A stretch of DNA of 64,000 nucleotides, from the NCBI GenBank assembly GCA_963720115.1, contig CAVREN010000064.1, positions 35,753 through 99,752 of the forward strand. The letters are read 5' to 3'. The notes below the pieces were generated by a model. That model ran no database searches, was not told where the DNA came from, and worked only from the letters and a program-made list of their open reading frames with translations. This stretch comes from an uncultured Alphaproteobacteria bacterium (lineage in GTDB: Bacteria > Pseudomonadota > Alphaproteobacteria > Rhizobiales > Xanthobacteraceae). How positions within the stretch are numbered: the stretch's first letter is position 1; each line of letters starts with the position of its first letter. Of the stretch, positions 41,743 to 52,237 are shown piece after piece. The position numbers and the translations under genes are program-made.

Positions 41743-44471
41743 ACCCTCTCCACAAAACTATCGACCACGCGTTTTTCCCCGGCTTTGTCGAACTGGATCG
41801 TCAGCTTGTTGCCGTCGATGGCGGTGACGTTGCCGTTGCCGAATTTCAGATGAAAGACGCGGTCGCCGGGCGTGAACGCGGAGATGGTGCCGGTCGATTT
41901 GGCCACCAGCTCGCCTTCGATGGTGAGCGGCAGCCGGCGGGTGCTCGCGCCCGATCCGGAGCGTCGCGCCCCCTCACCCGATCGAGCTTCGCTCGATCGG
42001 CCTCTCCCCGCCGGGGAGAGGTGAGACGAGTCGTCGCCGCCGCTGCCGTGATCCGGCTCGTAAGAGTCGTCGGCGCCGTCGGAGAAGCCATTGCGGTCGC
42101 GCTTGGCTTGCGCGCGCTGCCAGCCGGGCGTGCTGTAGTTCGAGCCGAATGATGTCGTGGCGTCGAAGCGCGAGGCGCCGTAGCCGCCATATCCGCCGAA
42201 GCCGCCTTGCGACTCGGTGACTTCCACATTCTCTTCCGGCAGTTCGTCGAGAAAGCGCGATGGAATATTCGTTTGCCACAGGCCGTGCATGCGCCGGTTG
42301 GTGGCGAAATAGATCTTCGCCCGCCTGCGGGCGCGCGTGAGGCCCACGTGCCCGAGCCGGCGCTCTTCTTCCAGGCCGGCGCGGCCCTGATCGTCGAGCG
42401 CGCGCTGATTGGGAAACACGCCTTCCTCCCAGCCGGGCAGGAACACGGTGTTGAATTCCAGGCCCTTGGCGGCGTGCAAGGTCATGATGTTGACCGCGTC
42501 GGCTTCGGCGGCTTTCTCGTTGTCCATCACCAGCGAGATGTGCTCGAGGAAGCCTTGCAGGTTCTCGAACTCGTCCATCGAGCGGATCAGCTCTTTCAGG
42601 TTCTCCAGCCGGCCGGCGGCGTCGGCGGAGCGATCCTTCTGCCACATCTCGGTGTAGCCGGACTCGTCGAGCACGATCTCGGCGAGCTGGGTGTGCGGAA
42701 GGTTGTCGCGCTGCTTGCGCCAGCGATCGAACGATTCCAGAAGCCCGCGCAGCGCACCGCGCGGCTTCGGCTTCAGTTCATCGGTCTCGATCACGGCGCG
42801 CGCGGCGTCGGTCAGCGGCACGCGGCTTTTGCGCGCGTGATCGTGCAGAAGCTGCACGGTGGCGTCGCCGAGCCCGCGCTTGGGCACATTGACGATGCGC
42901 TCGAAGGCGAGATCGTCGGAGGGCGAATTGATCAGCCGCAGGTAACCGAGCGCATCGCGGATCTCGGCGCGCTCATAGAAGCGCGGCCCGCCGATCACCC
43001 GATAGGGCAGGCCGAGCGTGACAAAGCGGTCTTCGAACTCGCGCATCTGAAACGAGGCGCGCACCAGGATGGCGATCTCATTGAGCGAATGGCCGGCGCG
43101 CTGCAGCTGCTCGATCTCTTCGCCGATGGCGCGCGCTTCCTCTTCCGAATCCCACGCGCCGGTCACCGTCACCTTCTCGCCGTCGACATCGTCGGTGCGC
43201 AGCGTCTTGCCGAGCCGGCCTTCGTTATGGGCGATCAGATGCGAAGCGGCGGCGAGAATGTGTCCGGTCGAGCGGTAATTGCGCTCCAGCCGGATCACCT
43301 TGGCGCCGGGAAAATCGTGCTCGAAGCGCAGGATGTTGTCGACCTCGGCGCCGCGCCAGCCATAGATCGACTGATCGTCGTCGCCGACGCAGCAGATGTT
43401 TTTGGCCGCGAGCTGCGCCACCGCTTGTTCTTTTGCCTCGCCCCTTTGGGGAGAGGACGGCGCGGTCCGAAGGAGCGCGCCGGGAGAGGGGTCGAGCGTT
43501 TCGCTGAAACTTGGCTTCCCCTCTCCCGGCTCACTTCGTTCGACGGCCTCTCCCCGGAGGGGAGAGGTGATATTCGGTCCGGCCGTTGCCATCGTCCGCT
43601 GCGCCAACAGGCGCAGCCACAAATATTGCGCGACGTTGGTGTCCTGATACTCGTCGACCAGAATGAATTTGAAGCGCGCCTGATATTGCCGCAACACTTC
43701 CGGCTGCTCGCGGAACAGCCGGATATTTTCCAGAAGCAGGTCGCCGAAGTCGGCGGCGTTGAGAATCTTCAGCCGCTCCTGATAGGCGCGGTAGAGCTTC
43801 AGCCCCTTGCCGTTGGCGAACACGCCGGCCTCGCCCGCCGGCACTTGGTCCGGCGTCAGCCCGCGATTCTTCCAGCCGTCGATCAGCGAGGCCAGCACGC
43901 GCGCCGGCCAGCGCTTTTCGTCGATCTTCTCGGCGTCGAGGAGCTGCTTGAGCAGCCGGATCTGATCGTCGACATCGAGAATGGTGAAATCGGGCTTTAG
44001 CCCCACCAGCTCCGCATGCCGGCGCAGGATCTTCACGCCGATCGAATGGAAGGTGCCGAGCCAGGGCATCCCCTCGACCACCTGGCCGACGATCTCGCCC
44101 ACGCGCCCCTTCATCTCGCGCGCCGCCTTGTTGGTGAACGTCACCGCCAGGATCTCGCCCGGCCGCGCGCGGCCGGTGGCGAGGATGTGGGCGATGCGCA
44201 CCGTGAGCACGCGCGTCTTGCCGGTGCCGGCGCCGGCCAGCACCAGTACCGGGCCATCGAGCGTCTCGACCGCGAGCCGCTGTTCCGCATTAAGCCCGGC
44301 GAGATAGCCCGGCGCGCCCCCCGCCGCGGCCCGCGCGCGCGCGGCAATGCCGCCGGGGGCGGGTCCGGGGGCTTGCACAGGATCGAACGTCTCTCTCAGC
44401 GGGTCGGCCAAGTCAGTTCCACCAAACGCAAGATTTCCGTGATTCTCATAAGCCCAAGATGGCATTACCAA
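41739..44471 (-). CDS. uvrD: ATP-dependent DNA helicase UvrD/PcrA family, with two in-frame palindromic-repeat insertions
   Basis: SF1 motifs are present: [11 protein letters not shown] (I), LVDEYQDTN (II), [14 protein letters not shown] (III), [13 protein letters not shown] (V) and VGLTRA (VI). There is a C-terminal Tudor-like tail. REP-derived inserts lie at 43441-43569 (between motifs II and III) and 41971-42025. Confidence 0.93.
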   Translation of the reverse strand: MVMPSWAYENHGNLAFGGTDLADPLRETFDPVQAPGPAPGGIAARARAAAGGAPGYLAGLNAEQRLAVETLDGPVLVLAGAGTGKTRVLTVRIAHILATGRARPGEILAVTFTNKAAREMKGRVGEIVGQVVEGMPWLGTFHSIGVKILRRHAELVGLKPDFTILDVDDQIRLLKQLLDAEKIDEKRWPARVLASLIDGWKNRGLTPDQVPAGEAGVFANGKGLKLYRAYQERLKILNAADFGDLLLENIRLFREQPEVLRQYQARFKFILVDEYQDTNVAQYLWLRLLAQRTMATAGPNITSPLRGEAVERSEPGEGKPSFSETLDPSPGALLRTAPSSPQRGEAKEQAVAQLAAKNICCVGDDDQSIYGWRGAEVDNILRFEHDFPGAKVIRLERNYRSTGHILAAASHLIAHNEGRLGKTLRTDDVDGEKVTVTGAWDSEEEARAIGEEIEQLQRAGHSLNEIAILVRASFQMREFEDRFVTLGLPYRVIGGPRFYERAEIRDALGYLRLINSPSDDLAFERIVNVPKRGLGDATVQLLHDHARKSRVPLTDAARAVIETDELKPKPRGALRGLLESFDRWRKQRDNLPHTQLAEIVLDESGYTEMWQKDRSADAAGRLENLKELIRSMDEFENLQGFLEHISLVMDNEKAAEADAVNIMTLHAAKGLEFNTVFLPGWEEGVFPNQRALDDQGRAGLEEERRLGHVGLTRARRRAKIYFATNRRMHGLWQTNIPSRFLDELPEENVEVTESQGGFGGYGGYGASRFDATTSFGSNYSTPGWQRAQAKRDRNGFSDGADDSYEPDHGSGGDDSSHLSPAGRGRSSEARSGEGARRSGSGASTRRLPLTIEGELVAKSTGTISAFTPGDRVFHLKFGNGNVTAIDGNKLTIQFDKAGEKRVVDSFVERV

Positions 44472-44516
44472 GCGGCTTTTACGAGGCGCTTGGGCTGATC
44501 CCGCCTGAGGCGAGGA

Positions 44517-44921
44517 TCATGCCCTTTGCAGGTCGGTATGCGCGAAATCGCTGCCTTTGAAGAGCAAAGGAGCCTGCAACTCCTTGGCCAAGGCGTAGGC
44601 GAAGCAGTCGCCGAAGTTTAACGAGCTCTTGGAGCTGCGGCCCTTACCAAAGCGCTTGAATGCGTCGAAGGCCAAGCGTGCTTGTTCAAGCGTGAATGGG
44701 GCGATTTCCACGTCGAGGGCCGCCACGATTTGCTCGAGACGTGCGCCGCCACCCTCCTTTTTCCGATTACCCTCGCAAACCATAACGGATTCGAGCCACG
44801 TGGCGGCCGAGGTTACGCGACGCTTGAACGATATGGCGCGCTCCGCCAGGAGTGTGCCGTCGGGTTCGCCTTTGAAAATGGCCACGAACACCGAGGAGTT
44901 GATCACCACCACGGAGCTCAC
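44517..44921 (-). CDS. vapC: PIN-domain toxin VapC (first catalytic Asp replaced by Asn)
   Basis: 134-aa ORF with PIN acidic residues in WLESVMV, NFGDCFAYALA and FKGSDFAHTDL. The N-terminal strand reads VVINSS where VxDxS is expected. It overlaps vapB by 4 nt. Confidence 0.8.
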   Translation of the reverse strand: MSSVVVINSSVFVAIFKGEPDGTLLAERAISFKRRVTSAATWLESVMVCEGNRKKEGGGARLEQIVAALDVEIAPFTLEQARLAFDAFKRFGKGRSSKSSLNFGDCFAYALAKELQAPLLFKGSDFAHTDLQRA

Positions 44922-45217
44922 TTCGGCAATCCGCTCTTGTCGTAGAGATCGTCATCGGTGAGCATGTTCTCGGCCAGGCCGTGGCGACGAACGTCTTCTT
45001 GTATTTTCTTGATCTTCGCCCACACTCTTTCGAATTCTCGCCGCTTCTCCTCGGCGGTGCGCGCGTCGCGCAACGCACGTTCGGCTTTCTCGCGTTCGAG
45101 CCGCTCGCGCAGCGCCTTACGGACCGCTTGAGTTTGCGTTTCGCCGGTCATTTTCGCGAGTTCGCGCACCAGGCGCGTGGTCTCGGCATCCTTGATATTG
45201 AGCTGTGGCGTGGCCAT
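44918..45217 (-). CDS. vapB: Type II antitoxin VapB (Rv0623-like transcription factor family)
   Basis: 99-aa ORF. The N-terminus LNIKDAETTRLVRELAKMTGETQTQAVRKAL matches the family from memory. The C-terminus is charged. Upstream of and overlapping the PIN gene. Confidence 0.8.
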   Translation of the reverse strand: MATPQLNIKDAETTRLVRELAKMTGETQTQAVRKALRERLEREKAERALRDARTAEEKRREFERVWAKIKKIQEDVRRHGLAENMLTDDDLYDKSGLPK

Positions 45218-45268
45218 GGTAGAAATCCGAAGTTGTTATCTACCATATCGGGAAATTCGTCGCAAAAT

Positions 45269-45778
45269 TCAAGCTTTCCCCGGCATCGCGATCCGCCGGC
45301 CGGCGCCCTCGGGAACGGGCAAATGCGCATGCGCCGCCTTCATTTTCGCGAGCCGCCTGGCGATGAAATCGGGAAACGGCGCCACCTTCTTTGCCGTCAT
45401 GTCCACATGCAGCACCATGTTCTCGGACGTGGCCGACAGCCAGCCTTCATCGGCGTGAAAAAGCTGCTCGAAATAATGCATGCGCTTTGCATCGAAATCG
45501 AGCAACTGAAGGGTGACGCGCACCGGCGCGCCGGCGTGCAGTTCGCGCAGGTAGCGGATGTGTGCCTCGGCGGTGAAGGTGGAGTGGTGCGTTGCTTTCA
45601 GATAGGCGAGCCCGCAACCCATGATCTCATAAGCCTCGTCCACCGCGCGGTCGAACAGCACGTTGTAATAGGCCATGTTCAGATGGCCGTTATAGTCGAT
45701 CCATTCGGGCTCGACCTTCATCACCGGAGAGACCAAGGGCGCGGCGAAGACAGGTTCCAGATCGGGACGTTCGAGCAT
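45269..45778 (-). CDS. Hotdog-fold acyl-CoA thioesterase (4HBT/YbgC-like)
   Basis: 169-aa ORF. The segment EWIDYNGHLNMAYYNVLFDRAVDE is typical of the 4HBT catalytic region. Confidence 0.78.
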   Translation of the reverse strand: MLERPDLEPVFAAPLVSPVMKVEPEWIDYNGHLNMAYYNVLFDRAVDEAYEIMGCGLAYLKATHHSTFTAEAHIRYLRELHAGAPVRVTLQLLDFDAKRMHYFEQLFHADEGWLSATSENMVLHVDMTAKKVAPFPDFIARRLAKMKAAHAHLPVPEGAGRRIAMPGKA

Positions 45779-45921
45779 TCGGACTTCCGTTCACGTTTGC
45801 GGCCCAGCCGCGCCGCCGCCGCACAGTGGCGGATTTCGCGCGCCCTGCAAAGCCGACCGCCGCACTTGACCGGCCGCGGCGGGACGGCCACTTTGCGGCG
45901 AAAGAGCAAAGAGTGGCTGCA

Positions 45922-47337
45922 ATGGTGTTGATCGAAGCCTGGGAGGAACTCAAACGCGACCGCAGCGCGGTCGAGCGGGTCGTCGCTGATCTTGCCGCGC
46001 TTGTCGGCAACCGGCTGGTGACCTCGCAGGCGGTGCGCGAGCAGCATGGCAACACGCTCACCTGGGTCGGCAATCAGCCGCCCGATGCCGTGGTGTTTCC
46101 GCAATCCACCGAAGAAGTGCAGCAGATCGTGCGGCTGTGCGCGGCCGAGCGCGTGCCGGTGATCGCCTTCGGCGCCGGCACCTCGCTGGAAGGCCAGGTC
46201 AACGCGCCGCACGGCGGCATCTGCCTCGATTTCCGCGACATGAATCGCGTGTTGGCGGTGCATGCCGAAGACCTCGACTGCGTGGTCGAGCCCGGCATCA
46301 CCCGCAAGCAGCTCAACGAGCAACTGCGCGACCGCGGCGTGTTTTTCCCGATCGATCCCGGCGCCGATGCCTCGCTCGGCGGCATGGCGGCGACGCGCGC
46401 CTCCGGCACCAACGCCGTGCGCTACGGCACGATGAAGGACAATGTGCTGTCGCTCAAAGTCGTGCTCGCCAACGGCGAGGTGATGTCGACCGCGCGGCGC
46501 GCGAAAAAGACGGCGTCAGGCTACGACCTCACCCGCCTGATCGTCGGTTCGGAAGGCACGCTCGGCGTGATCACCGAATTGACGTTGCGCCTTGCCGGCA
46601 TTCCGGAAGCGATCTCGTCCGGCGTCTGCCCGTTTCCCTCGGTCGAGGCGGCGTGCAATGCCACCATCCTCACCATCCAGTCCGGCATTCCGGTGGCGCG
46701 CATCGAGTTGCTCGACGCGTTGCAGGTCCACGCCTGCAATCTCTATTCGAAGCTCAATTTGCCGGAAACGCCGATGCTGTTCCTGGAATTCCATGGCAGC
46801 GACGCGAGCGTCGCCGAGCAGTCGCAGCGCTTCGGCGAGATCGCCAAGGAACTCGGCGGCGGCCCGTTCGATTGGGCGACCAAGGCCGAGGACCGCTCGC
46901 GGCTGTGGCAGGCGCGGCACGATGCCTATTGGGCGCAGCGCGGCTTGCGCGCGAACACGCAACCGCTCGCGACCGACGTGTGCGTGCCGATCTCGCGGCT
47001 TGCCGAATGCCTCGCCGAGACGCAGCGCGATATCGCCGCGAGCAAATTGCTGGCGCCGATCGTCGGCCATGTGGGCGATGGCAATTTTCATGTCGGCCTT
47101 CTGGTCGATATGAACGACGAGGAAGAAGTCACTCGCGTCCGCGCTTTCCTCGAACGCCTCACCGAGCGCGCCTTGGCGATGGACGGCACCTGCACCGGCG
47201 AACACGGCATCGGCCAGGGCAAGATGAAATATCTGCCGTCCGAATACGGCGCGCCGGCGCTCGAAGCCATGCGCGCGATCAAGCGCGCGCTCGATCCGCT
47301 CGATATCATGAACCCCGGCAAGATTTTCAGTCTGTGA
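45922..47337 (+). CDS. FAD-linked oxidase (GlcD / D-lactate dehydrogenase family)
   Basis: 471 aa counted from ATG 45922 with an FAD-binding PCMH domain (VPVIAFGAGTSLEG, GGMAATRASG) and a C-terminal GTCTGEHGIGQGK motif. The start is uncertain; the track ORF begins at 45826. Confidence 0.85.
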   Translation: MVLIEAWEELKRDRSAVERVVADLAALVGNRLVTSQAVREQHGNTLTWVGNQPPDAVVFPQSTEEVQQIVRLCAAERVPVIAFGAGTSLEGQVNAPHGGICLDFRDMNRVLAVHAEDLDCVVEPGITRKQLNEQLRDRGVFFPIDPGADASLGGMAATRASGTNAVRYGTMKDNVLSLKVVLANGEVMSTARRAKKTASGYDLTRLIVGSEGTLGVITELTLRLAGIPEAISSGVCPFPSVEAACNATILTIQSGIPVARIELLDALQVHACNLYSKLNLPETPMLFLEFHGSDASVAEQSQRFGEIAKELGGGPFDWATKAEDRSRLWQARHDAYWAQRGLRANTQPLATDVCVPISRLAECLAETQRDIAASKLLAPIVGHVGDGNFHVGLLVDMNDEEEVTRVRAFLERLTERALAMDGTCTGEHGIGQGKMKYLPSEYGAPALEAMRAIKRALDPLDIMNPGKIFSL

Positions 47338-47340
47338 GTG

Positions 47341-48123
47341 TCAGCCCGGCAGGCGCGCGCCGTCGCCGAGCCATTCCTTGACCAGCGCCGCCAGCGTGCC
47401 GTCGGCCATGAGTTCGGCCTGCGCCTTGCCGATCGCTCCGCGCAACTCCGCATCTCCTTTCCGCACGCAGATACCGAGCCGTTCGGTGGTGATGCCGACT
47501 TGCACGACTTTGAGCTTCGGGCGGTCGCGCACGAACCATGCGGTCACCGGCGCAAGCTTCATGAACGCATCGCAGCCGCCGTTCGACAGATCGTCGAGCG
47601 CCTTCTCGATCTCGTTATAGGCGTAAACGCGCACCCGCGCCGCGCGGTGCCCAGCGACGAGTTTCTCGGCCACGGGCTCGCTGGTATTGCCGTGCTGTAC
47701 GCCGATCACCAGCCCGGCAAGATCGTCGATGCCGTGCACCTGCGGATGCCGCGTCGTATCGACCACCAGCGATTGCCCGGACACCGCATAAGGCGCGCAG
47801 AAATCGGCGACCTTTTCGCGCGCGGGCGTGATGGTCGTGCCCGAGGCGACGCAATCGTAGGCCCCGGAATCAAGCCCGGCGAAAATGCCGTTGAAGTCAG
47901 CGCCGTCGTAGCGCACGAGCTGCCAGGCACGGCCAAGCTTGGCCGCAATATGCTGCATCAGCGCGATGTCGAAGCCCGATGGGCCGGCTCGCCCGATAAA
48001 TTCGAACGGCGGATCGGGAAGGGCTGCGCCCACTTTCAGCGCACTCGCGCCAGTGGCAGTGCCGGAGGCGGGTCCGGCGGCGGCAAACGCAGGCAATGCG
48101 GCAAGGAGATCGCGGCGTGTCAT
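47341..48123 (-). CDS. Amino-acid ABC transporter substrate-binding protein (family 3)
   Basis: The start was chosen at ATG 48123 (MTRRDLLAALPAFAAAGPASG, a twin-arginine-like signal). SBP_bac_3-like core (ALKVGAALPDPPFEF, GFDIALM). Upstream residues of the track ORF fall inside a palindromic repeat. Confidence 0.82.
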   Translation of the reverse strand: MTRRDLLAALPAFAAAGPASGTATGASALKVGAALPDPPFEFIGRAGPSGFDIALMQHIAAKLGRAWQLVRYDGADFNGIFAGLDSGAYDCVASGTTITPAREKVADFCAPYAVSGQSLVVDTTRHPQVHGIDDLAGLVIGVQHGNTSEPVAEKLVAGHRAARVRVYAYNEIEKALDDLSNGGCDAFMKLAPVTAWFVRDRPKLKVVQVGITTERLGICVRKGDAELRGAIGKAQAELMADGTLAALVKEWLGDGARLPG

Positions 48124-48135
48124 GGGAGCCTTTTG

Positions 48136-48235
48136 GAGCATGATCCCCGAAAAGTGGAAACCGGTTTTCGGACAGGATCCTGCTTAAAAGAAGAATCTGG
48201 ACCGCGATCCGATTCAATTGAATTGGATCACGGTC
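48136..48235. repeat. Composite palindromic repeat (degenerate 49-bp unit plus GGACCGCGATCCGATTCAATTGAATTGGATCACGGTC hairpin)
   Basis: GAGCATGATCCCCGAAAAGTGGAAACCGGTTTTCGGACAGGATCCTGCT at 48136-48184 is followed by a second palindrome at 48199-48235. It lies in the divergent spacer between the SBP gene and the AsmA-family gene. Confidence 0.75.
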
Positions 48236-48514
48236 GAGGTTTCGCGGGTTTTAGTTCCCGACTTACAGCCGGGCACTATCGCCCCGCGCTCATGAAAACC
48301 GCAACAGTGGCAGCGGGAACTTGGCGAACGTGCTTCGCGCCACCATGTGAGCTGCGGCCCGAAAGGCTGTGGAGCGGCCCGGAACCCGACACAGAATTGC
48401 CCGCAAATGACGCTACTTGCGGCGGTTGAAAGCGTGCATTCCGCTCGAGCCTGCACTAGGTTTTGGGGCCGGGCAGGCGCGGAATCCTTAAGCGATCACA
48501 AGGGAAGCTTTGCC

Positions 48515-51500
48515 GTGCAGACGACCCTGCTCGGAGTTGCCATTGCCATTATTCTGGCGCTCGTCGCGGCTCTCGTGGCTCCGCTTGTCGTCGATTGGAC
48601 TCAGTATCGCTCGGCTTTCGAAGACGAGGCGAGCCGGCTCACCGGCCTCACCGTGCGCGTCAACGGTTCGATCGATGCGCGCATTCTGCCGTCGCCGCAT
48701 TTCAAGCTGCGCGATGTCACGGTCGGCGCTGCCGGCCGCGAGCCGCAGATCCGCGCCGGTGCCGTTGAGCTTGAGCTTGGGCTCGGTCCGCTCGTGCGCG
48801 GCGAAGTGCGGGCGACCGAAATGCGGTTGTTGGCGCCGCAAATCAGTGTGCGCCTGGATGATGCGGGCGCGCTCGACTGGCCCGTGCCGTTGACCTCGTC
48901 CGGCGCCGATGCGCCCGGCGTATCGCGGCTGACGGTCGACGACGGCCGTGTCGTGTTCAGCGATGCGGCTTCCGGATCGCAGCTCGCGCTGGAGAGGCTT
49001 TCCTTCAACGGCGACATCCGCTCGCTGCTTGGCCCGTTCAGCGGCGATGGCGCCTTCGTCGCCGGCGGCGAGGCGTTCAGCTTTCGCATCTCCGGAAGTC
49101 GCGCCGGCGACGACGGCAATCTCAAACTGCGGCTCGGCGTCGATCCGGCCGATCGCCCGCTGACGACCGAGATCGAGGGCCTGCTTGGCTTTGCGGGCGG
49201 CGTTCCGCAATTCGACGGCACATTCTCCGCCGCGCGTCCGGTCGGCGCCACGCTCTCCGGCGGCCAGCGCGTCATGAGCGACCCCTGGCAGCTTGCCGGT
49301 AAGGTGCAGGCGACGCCGGCCGCTGCCAAATTGCAGGAGCTGGCGTTGCTGTACGGGCCGGAAGAGCGCGCGGTCGTCTTCAACGGCAAAGCGGATCTGA
49401 AACTCGGCGTCCATCCCCGGCTCGACGGCGAGGTCTCGGCCCGGCAAGTGGACGTGGACCGGATGTTGGCGGCGCCGGACGTGACGCATCGGCCGCCGCT
49501 CATCATGTTCAAGTCGCTTCTGGAAGAGTTCATTACCGGCGTGCGCCCGCCATTGCCATTGTCGGTCGGCGTGACGGTCGAGGCGGTGACGGTCGGCGGC
49601 GCCGCCATCCAGGCGCTGCGCGGCCGCGTCCGGTTCGACGGCGACCGCGGCTGGGCGCTCGATGAGGTCGCCTTCCGCGCGCCGGGCTTCACCAGCGTGA
49701 ATGTCTCCGGCCGGCTCGGCGGCGGTAGTCAGGGAGTGTTGCTCGGCGGACCCGCCAGCATCGAATCGGCCGATCTGAAAACATTGGCTGGGTGGCTCAA
49801 GGGCCGCAGCGATCAATCGCCGGGGCGGGTGCAGACCTTGAGCGCGCGCGGCGATATCACGATCGCGCGCGACCGCTTTGTGCTCGACCATCTGTCGGCC
49901 TCGTTCGACCGGGAAAAGCTGGAAGGGCGGCTCGCTTACAGTTTTGCGGCAGGCAACCGTCCGGCGGCGCTTGACGCCGACTTGCATGCAGCCAGGCTCG
50001 ATGTCGATGCGATCACCGCCTTTGCGCAGGCGGCCGCTTCCGACGGCAGCTTTGAAATGCCGCGCGCCGTCAGTCTCACGCTCGATGTCGGCGAGGCCAC
50101 ATTGGCCGGCATCGATGCGCGTGCGCTCAATGCCCGGCTCAAGCTCAATGCCGGCATTCTCCATGTCGACCGGCTGTCGATCGGCGATCTTGGCGGCGCC
50201 GCGATCGAGGCGAGCGGACGCATCGACGAATTGTCCTCGCAACCGCGCGGCCAGGTGAACGTCGATGTCAATGCGGCGTCGCTCGACGGTCTCGCCACCA
50301 TCGCCGGCCGCTATGCGCCGCAAGTGCCGGGGTCGGTCCGGCCGTTTTCCGCGCGGCTCGCGCCGGTGAAGATGCACGGCGCGCTGACCATCGAACGCGC
50401 CGGCAAGACCGGCAGCGTCGCCAGGCTCGCGTTGGGCGGAAACCTCGGCGCGATGCGCCTGACGCTCAATGGCGAAGCCACCGGCGCGCTGGCGCAAGCC
50501 GATGCGGCGCTGCTGCGCGTCACCAGCCGGCTCGACGCCGACGACGGCGGCGCGCTGGTGCGTCTGCTCGCCCTCGACCGCGTGTTGGCGGTCGATCAAT
50601 TGCCCGGCCAGATGACGCTCACCGCCAACGGCCCGGTCAATGGCGAGATCCGCGTCAATGCGCTCGCTTCCGCGGGCGGCTTTTCCACCGTGGCCGATGG
50701 CGCGTTGCATCTGCGCGGCGAAGGCGCGCCGACGGGAAGTTTGCAGCTCAAAGCGACTGCCGCCGATCTGCGGCCGCTGCAGCGCGCGATGACCGGGCAG
50801 GCGGGCGGCGCTCCGCTGTCGCCGGTTTCGCTGAGCGCGATCGTCGGCGTCGCCGGACCCGATCTGTCGGTCACGGATTTGACGGTGCACGCCGGCAAGT
50901 CGTCGCTGCGCGGCCGGCTCGATCTGAAAGTCGCCGATCCGCTCGCCGTCGCCGGCGAGATTTCCGGCGACGACGTGGATGCCGCGACGGTAGCGGGCTT
51001 GGTGTTCGGGCTGCCGGGCGCGTCTCCGGGCGCAAAATCCTGGTCGGCCGCGCCGGTCGGCGGCGGTGCGTTCGGGCTGATGAGCGGATCCGTCAATTTC
51101 AAATTCGACCGCGCCGCTCTGACGCCGGCATTGATCGCGCGCGATCTCAAGGGCGTCGCGCGCTTTGCGCCGCCGGAAATCGAATTGACTGATCTCGACG
51201 GCAAGCTCGCCGGCGGGCGGCTGAGCGGCGGCTTCACGTTCCGGCACGATCCGCAATCGTTCGCCGGTCACGGGCATGTCGAGATCGCCGATGCGAACGC
51301 CGGCGCCATCGCCGGCGGCACTATGATCGACGGCTCGCTGTCGGCGAAGCTGCAGGGCGAGAGCCAGGGACTAAGTCCCGAAGGAATTATCGGCGCCTTC
51401 CACGGCGGCGGGACGATTTCGCTCACGCGCGCGCAATTCGCCGGCCTCAGCCCGGCCGCCTTCGATGTAGCGATGCGTCTTGCGGATCAGAACGCCGGCG

Positions 51501-52237
51501 CCGTCGATGCCGGCAAAGTCCGCGCGGCCGTGAGTGCGGCGATGGACAATCGCAAGCTGGCGGTGGCGAAGGCCGACGCCGAAGTCACCATTGCGGGCGG
51601 GCAGATGCGCATGGCCAATGCCGTGCTGCCGGCGCAGGATGGCGCGCAGCTTGCGGTCGACGGCACGCTCGATCTCAAGGCGGCGGCGATCGACGCGAAG
51701 CTCACATTGTCGGCGGAGCCGGCTGCGAATGCGTTGATCGTTGCGCGACCGGAGCTTGCGATCACGCTCAAGGGGCCGCTATCGGCGCCCGAACGAAAAC
51801 TCGATATCTCGGCTTTGCTCGGATGGCTCAGTCTGCGGGCGGCCGAGCAGCAGACCCGGCGCCTCGAATCGCTCGAGGCCAATCGTCGCGCCGATGTGCT
51901 TGGCGACCCGGCACGGCCGGTGCCGCCGGCGATGCGCTATATCCCACAGGGTACGGCGCTCGAAATCAACAATCACGCCAACGCCGCCGCCGCGCCGCCG
52001 CTCGGTACCAATCTGTTCGATCGTTTGCGGCCGGAAGCTCCGCCGCCCGCGGCGGCTTCGCCGCTCACCGTTGCGCCGCCGCCCATCGGCAAGCCGGCCA
52101 CCCCATCGGCGTCGGCCCCCGATAAGCCGACCGACAAGACGAATGACAGGACAAGCGCCGCCAGCGGCGCGGTCCGGCCCGCGCCTTTGCCGGGCCTCCG
52201 CTCGTTACTGAATTCGCTATTCGGCTCGCAGAATTGA
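48515..52237 (+). CDS. AsmA family outer-membrane biogenesis protein (about 1240 aa)
   Basis: The start was chosen at GTG 48515, with AAGGGAAG 8 nt upstream. An N-terminal TM anchor (TTLLGVAIAIILALVAALVAPLVV) is followed by a very long beta-rich Ala/Gly/Leu repeat region and a Pro-rich C-terminus. The family call rests on architecture. Confidence 0.72.
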   Translation: MQTTLLGVAIAIILALVAALVAPLVVDWTQYRSAFEDEASRLTGLTVRVNGSIDARILPSPHFKLRDVTVGAAGREPQIRAGAVELELGLGPLVRGEVRATEMRLLAPQISVRLDDAGALDWPVPLTSSGADAPGVSRLTVDDGRVVFSDAASGSQLALERLSFNGDIRSLLGPFSGDGAFVAGGEAFSFRISGSRAGDDGNLKLRLGVDPADRPLTTEIEGLLGFAGGVPQFDGTFSAARPVGATLSGGQRVMSDPWQLAGKVQATPAAAKLQELALLYGPEERAVVFNGKADLKLGVHPRLDGEVSARQVDVDRMLAAPDVTHRPPLIMFKSLLEEFITGVRPPLPLSVGVTVEAVTVGGAAIQALRGRVRFDGDRGWALDEVAFRAPGFTSVNVSGRLGGGSQGVLLGGPASIESADLKTLAGWLKGRSDQSPGRVQTLSARGDITIARDRFVLDHLSASFDREKLEGRLAYSFAAGNRPAALDADLHAARLDVDAITAFAQAAASDGSFEMPRAVSLTLDVGEATLAGIDARALNARLKLNAGILHVDRLSIGDLGGAAIEASGRIDELSSQPRGQVNVDVNAASLDGLATIAGRYAPQVPGSVRPFSARLAPVKMHGALTIERAGKTGSVARLALGGNLGAMRLTLNGEATGALAQADAALLRVTSRLDADDGGALVRLLALDRVLAVDQLPGQMTLTANGPVNGEIRVNALASAGGFSTVADGALHLRGEGAPTGSLQLKATAADLRPLQRAMTGQAGGAPLSPVSLSAIVGVAGPDLSVTDLTVHAGKSSLRGRLDLKVADPLAVAGEISGDDVDAATVAGLVFGLPGASPGAKSWSAAPVGGGAFGLMSGSVNFKFDRAALTPALIARDLKGVARFAPPEIELTDLDGKLAGGRLSGGFTFRHDPQSFAGHGHVEIADANAGAIAGGTMIDGSLSAKLQGESQGLSPEGIIGAFHGGGTISLTRAQFAGLSPAAFDVAMRLADQNAGAVDAGKVRAAVSAAMDNRKLAVAKADAEVTIAGGQMRMANAVLPAQDGAQLAVDGTLDLKAAAIDAKLTLSAEPAANALIVARPELAITLKGPLSAPERKLDISALLGWLSLRAAEQQTRRLESLEANRRADVLGDPARPVPPAMRYIPQGTALEINNHANAAAAPPLGTNLFDRLRPEAPPPAAASPLTVAPPPIGKPATPSASAPDKPTDKTNDRTSAASGAVRPAPLPGLRSLLNSLFGSQN

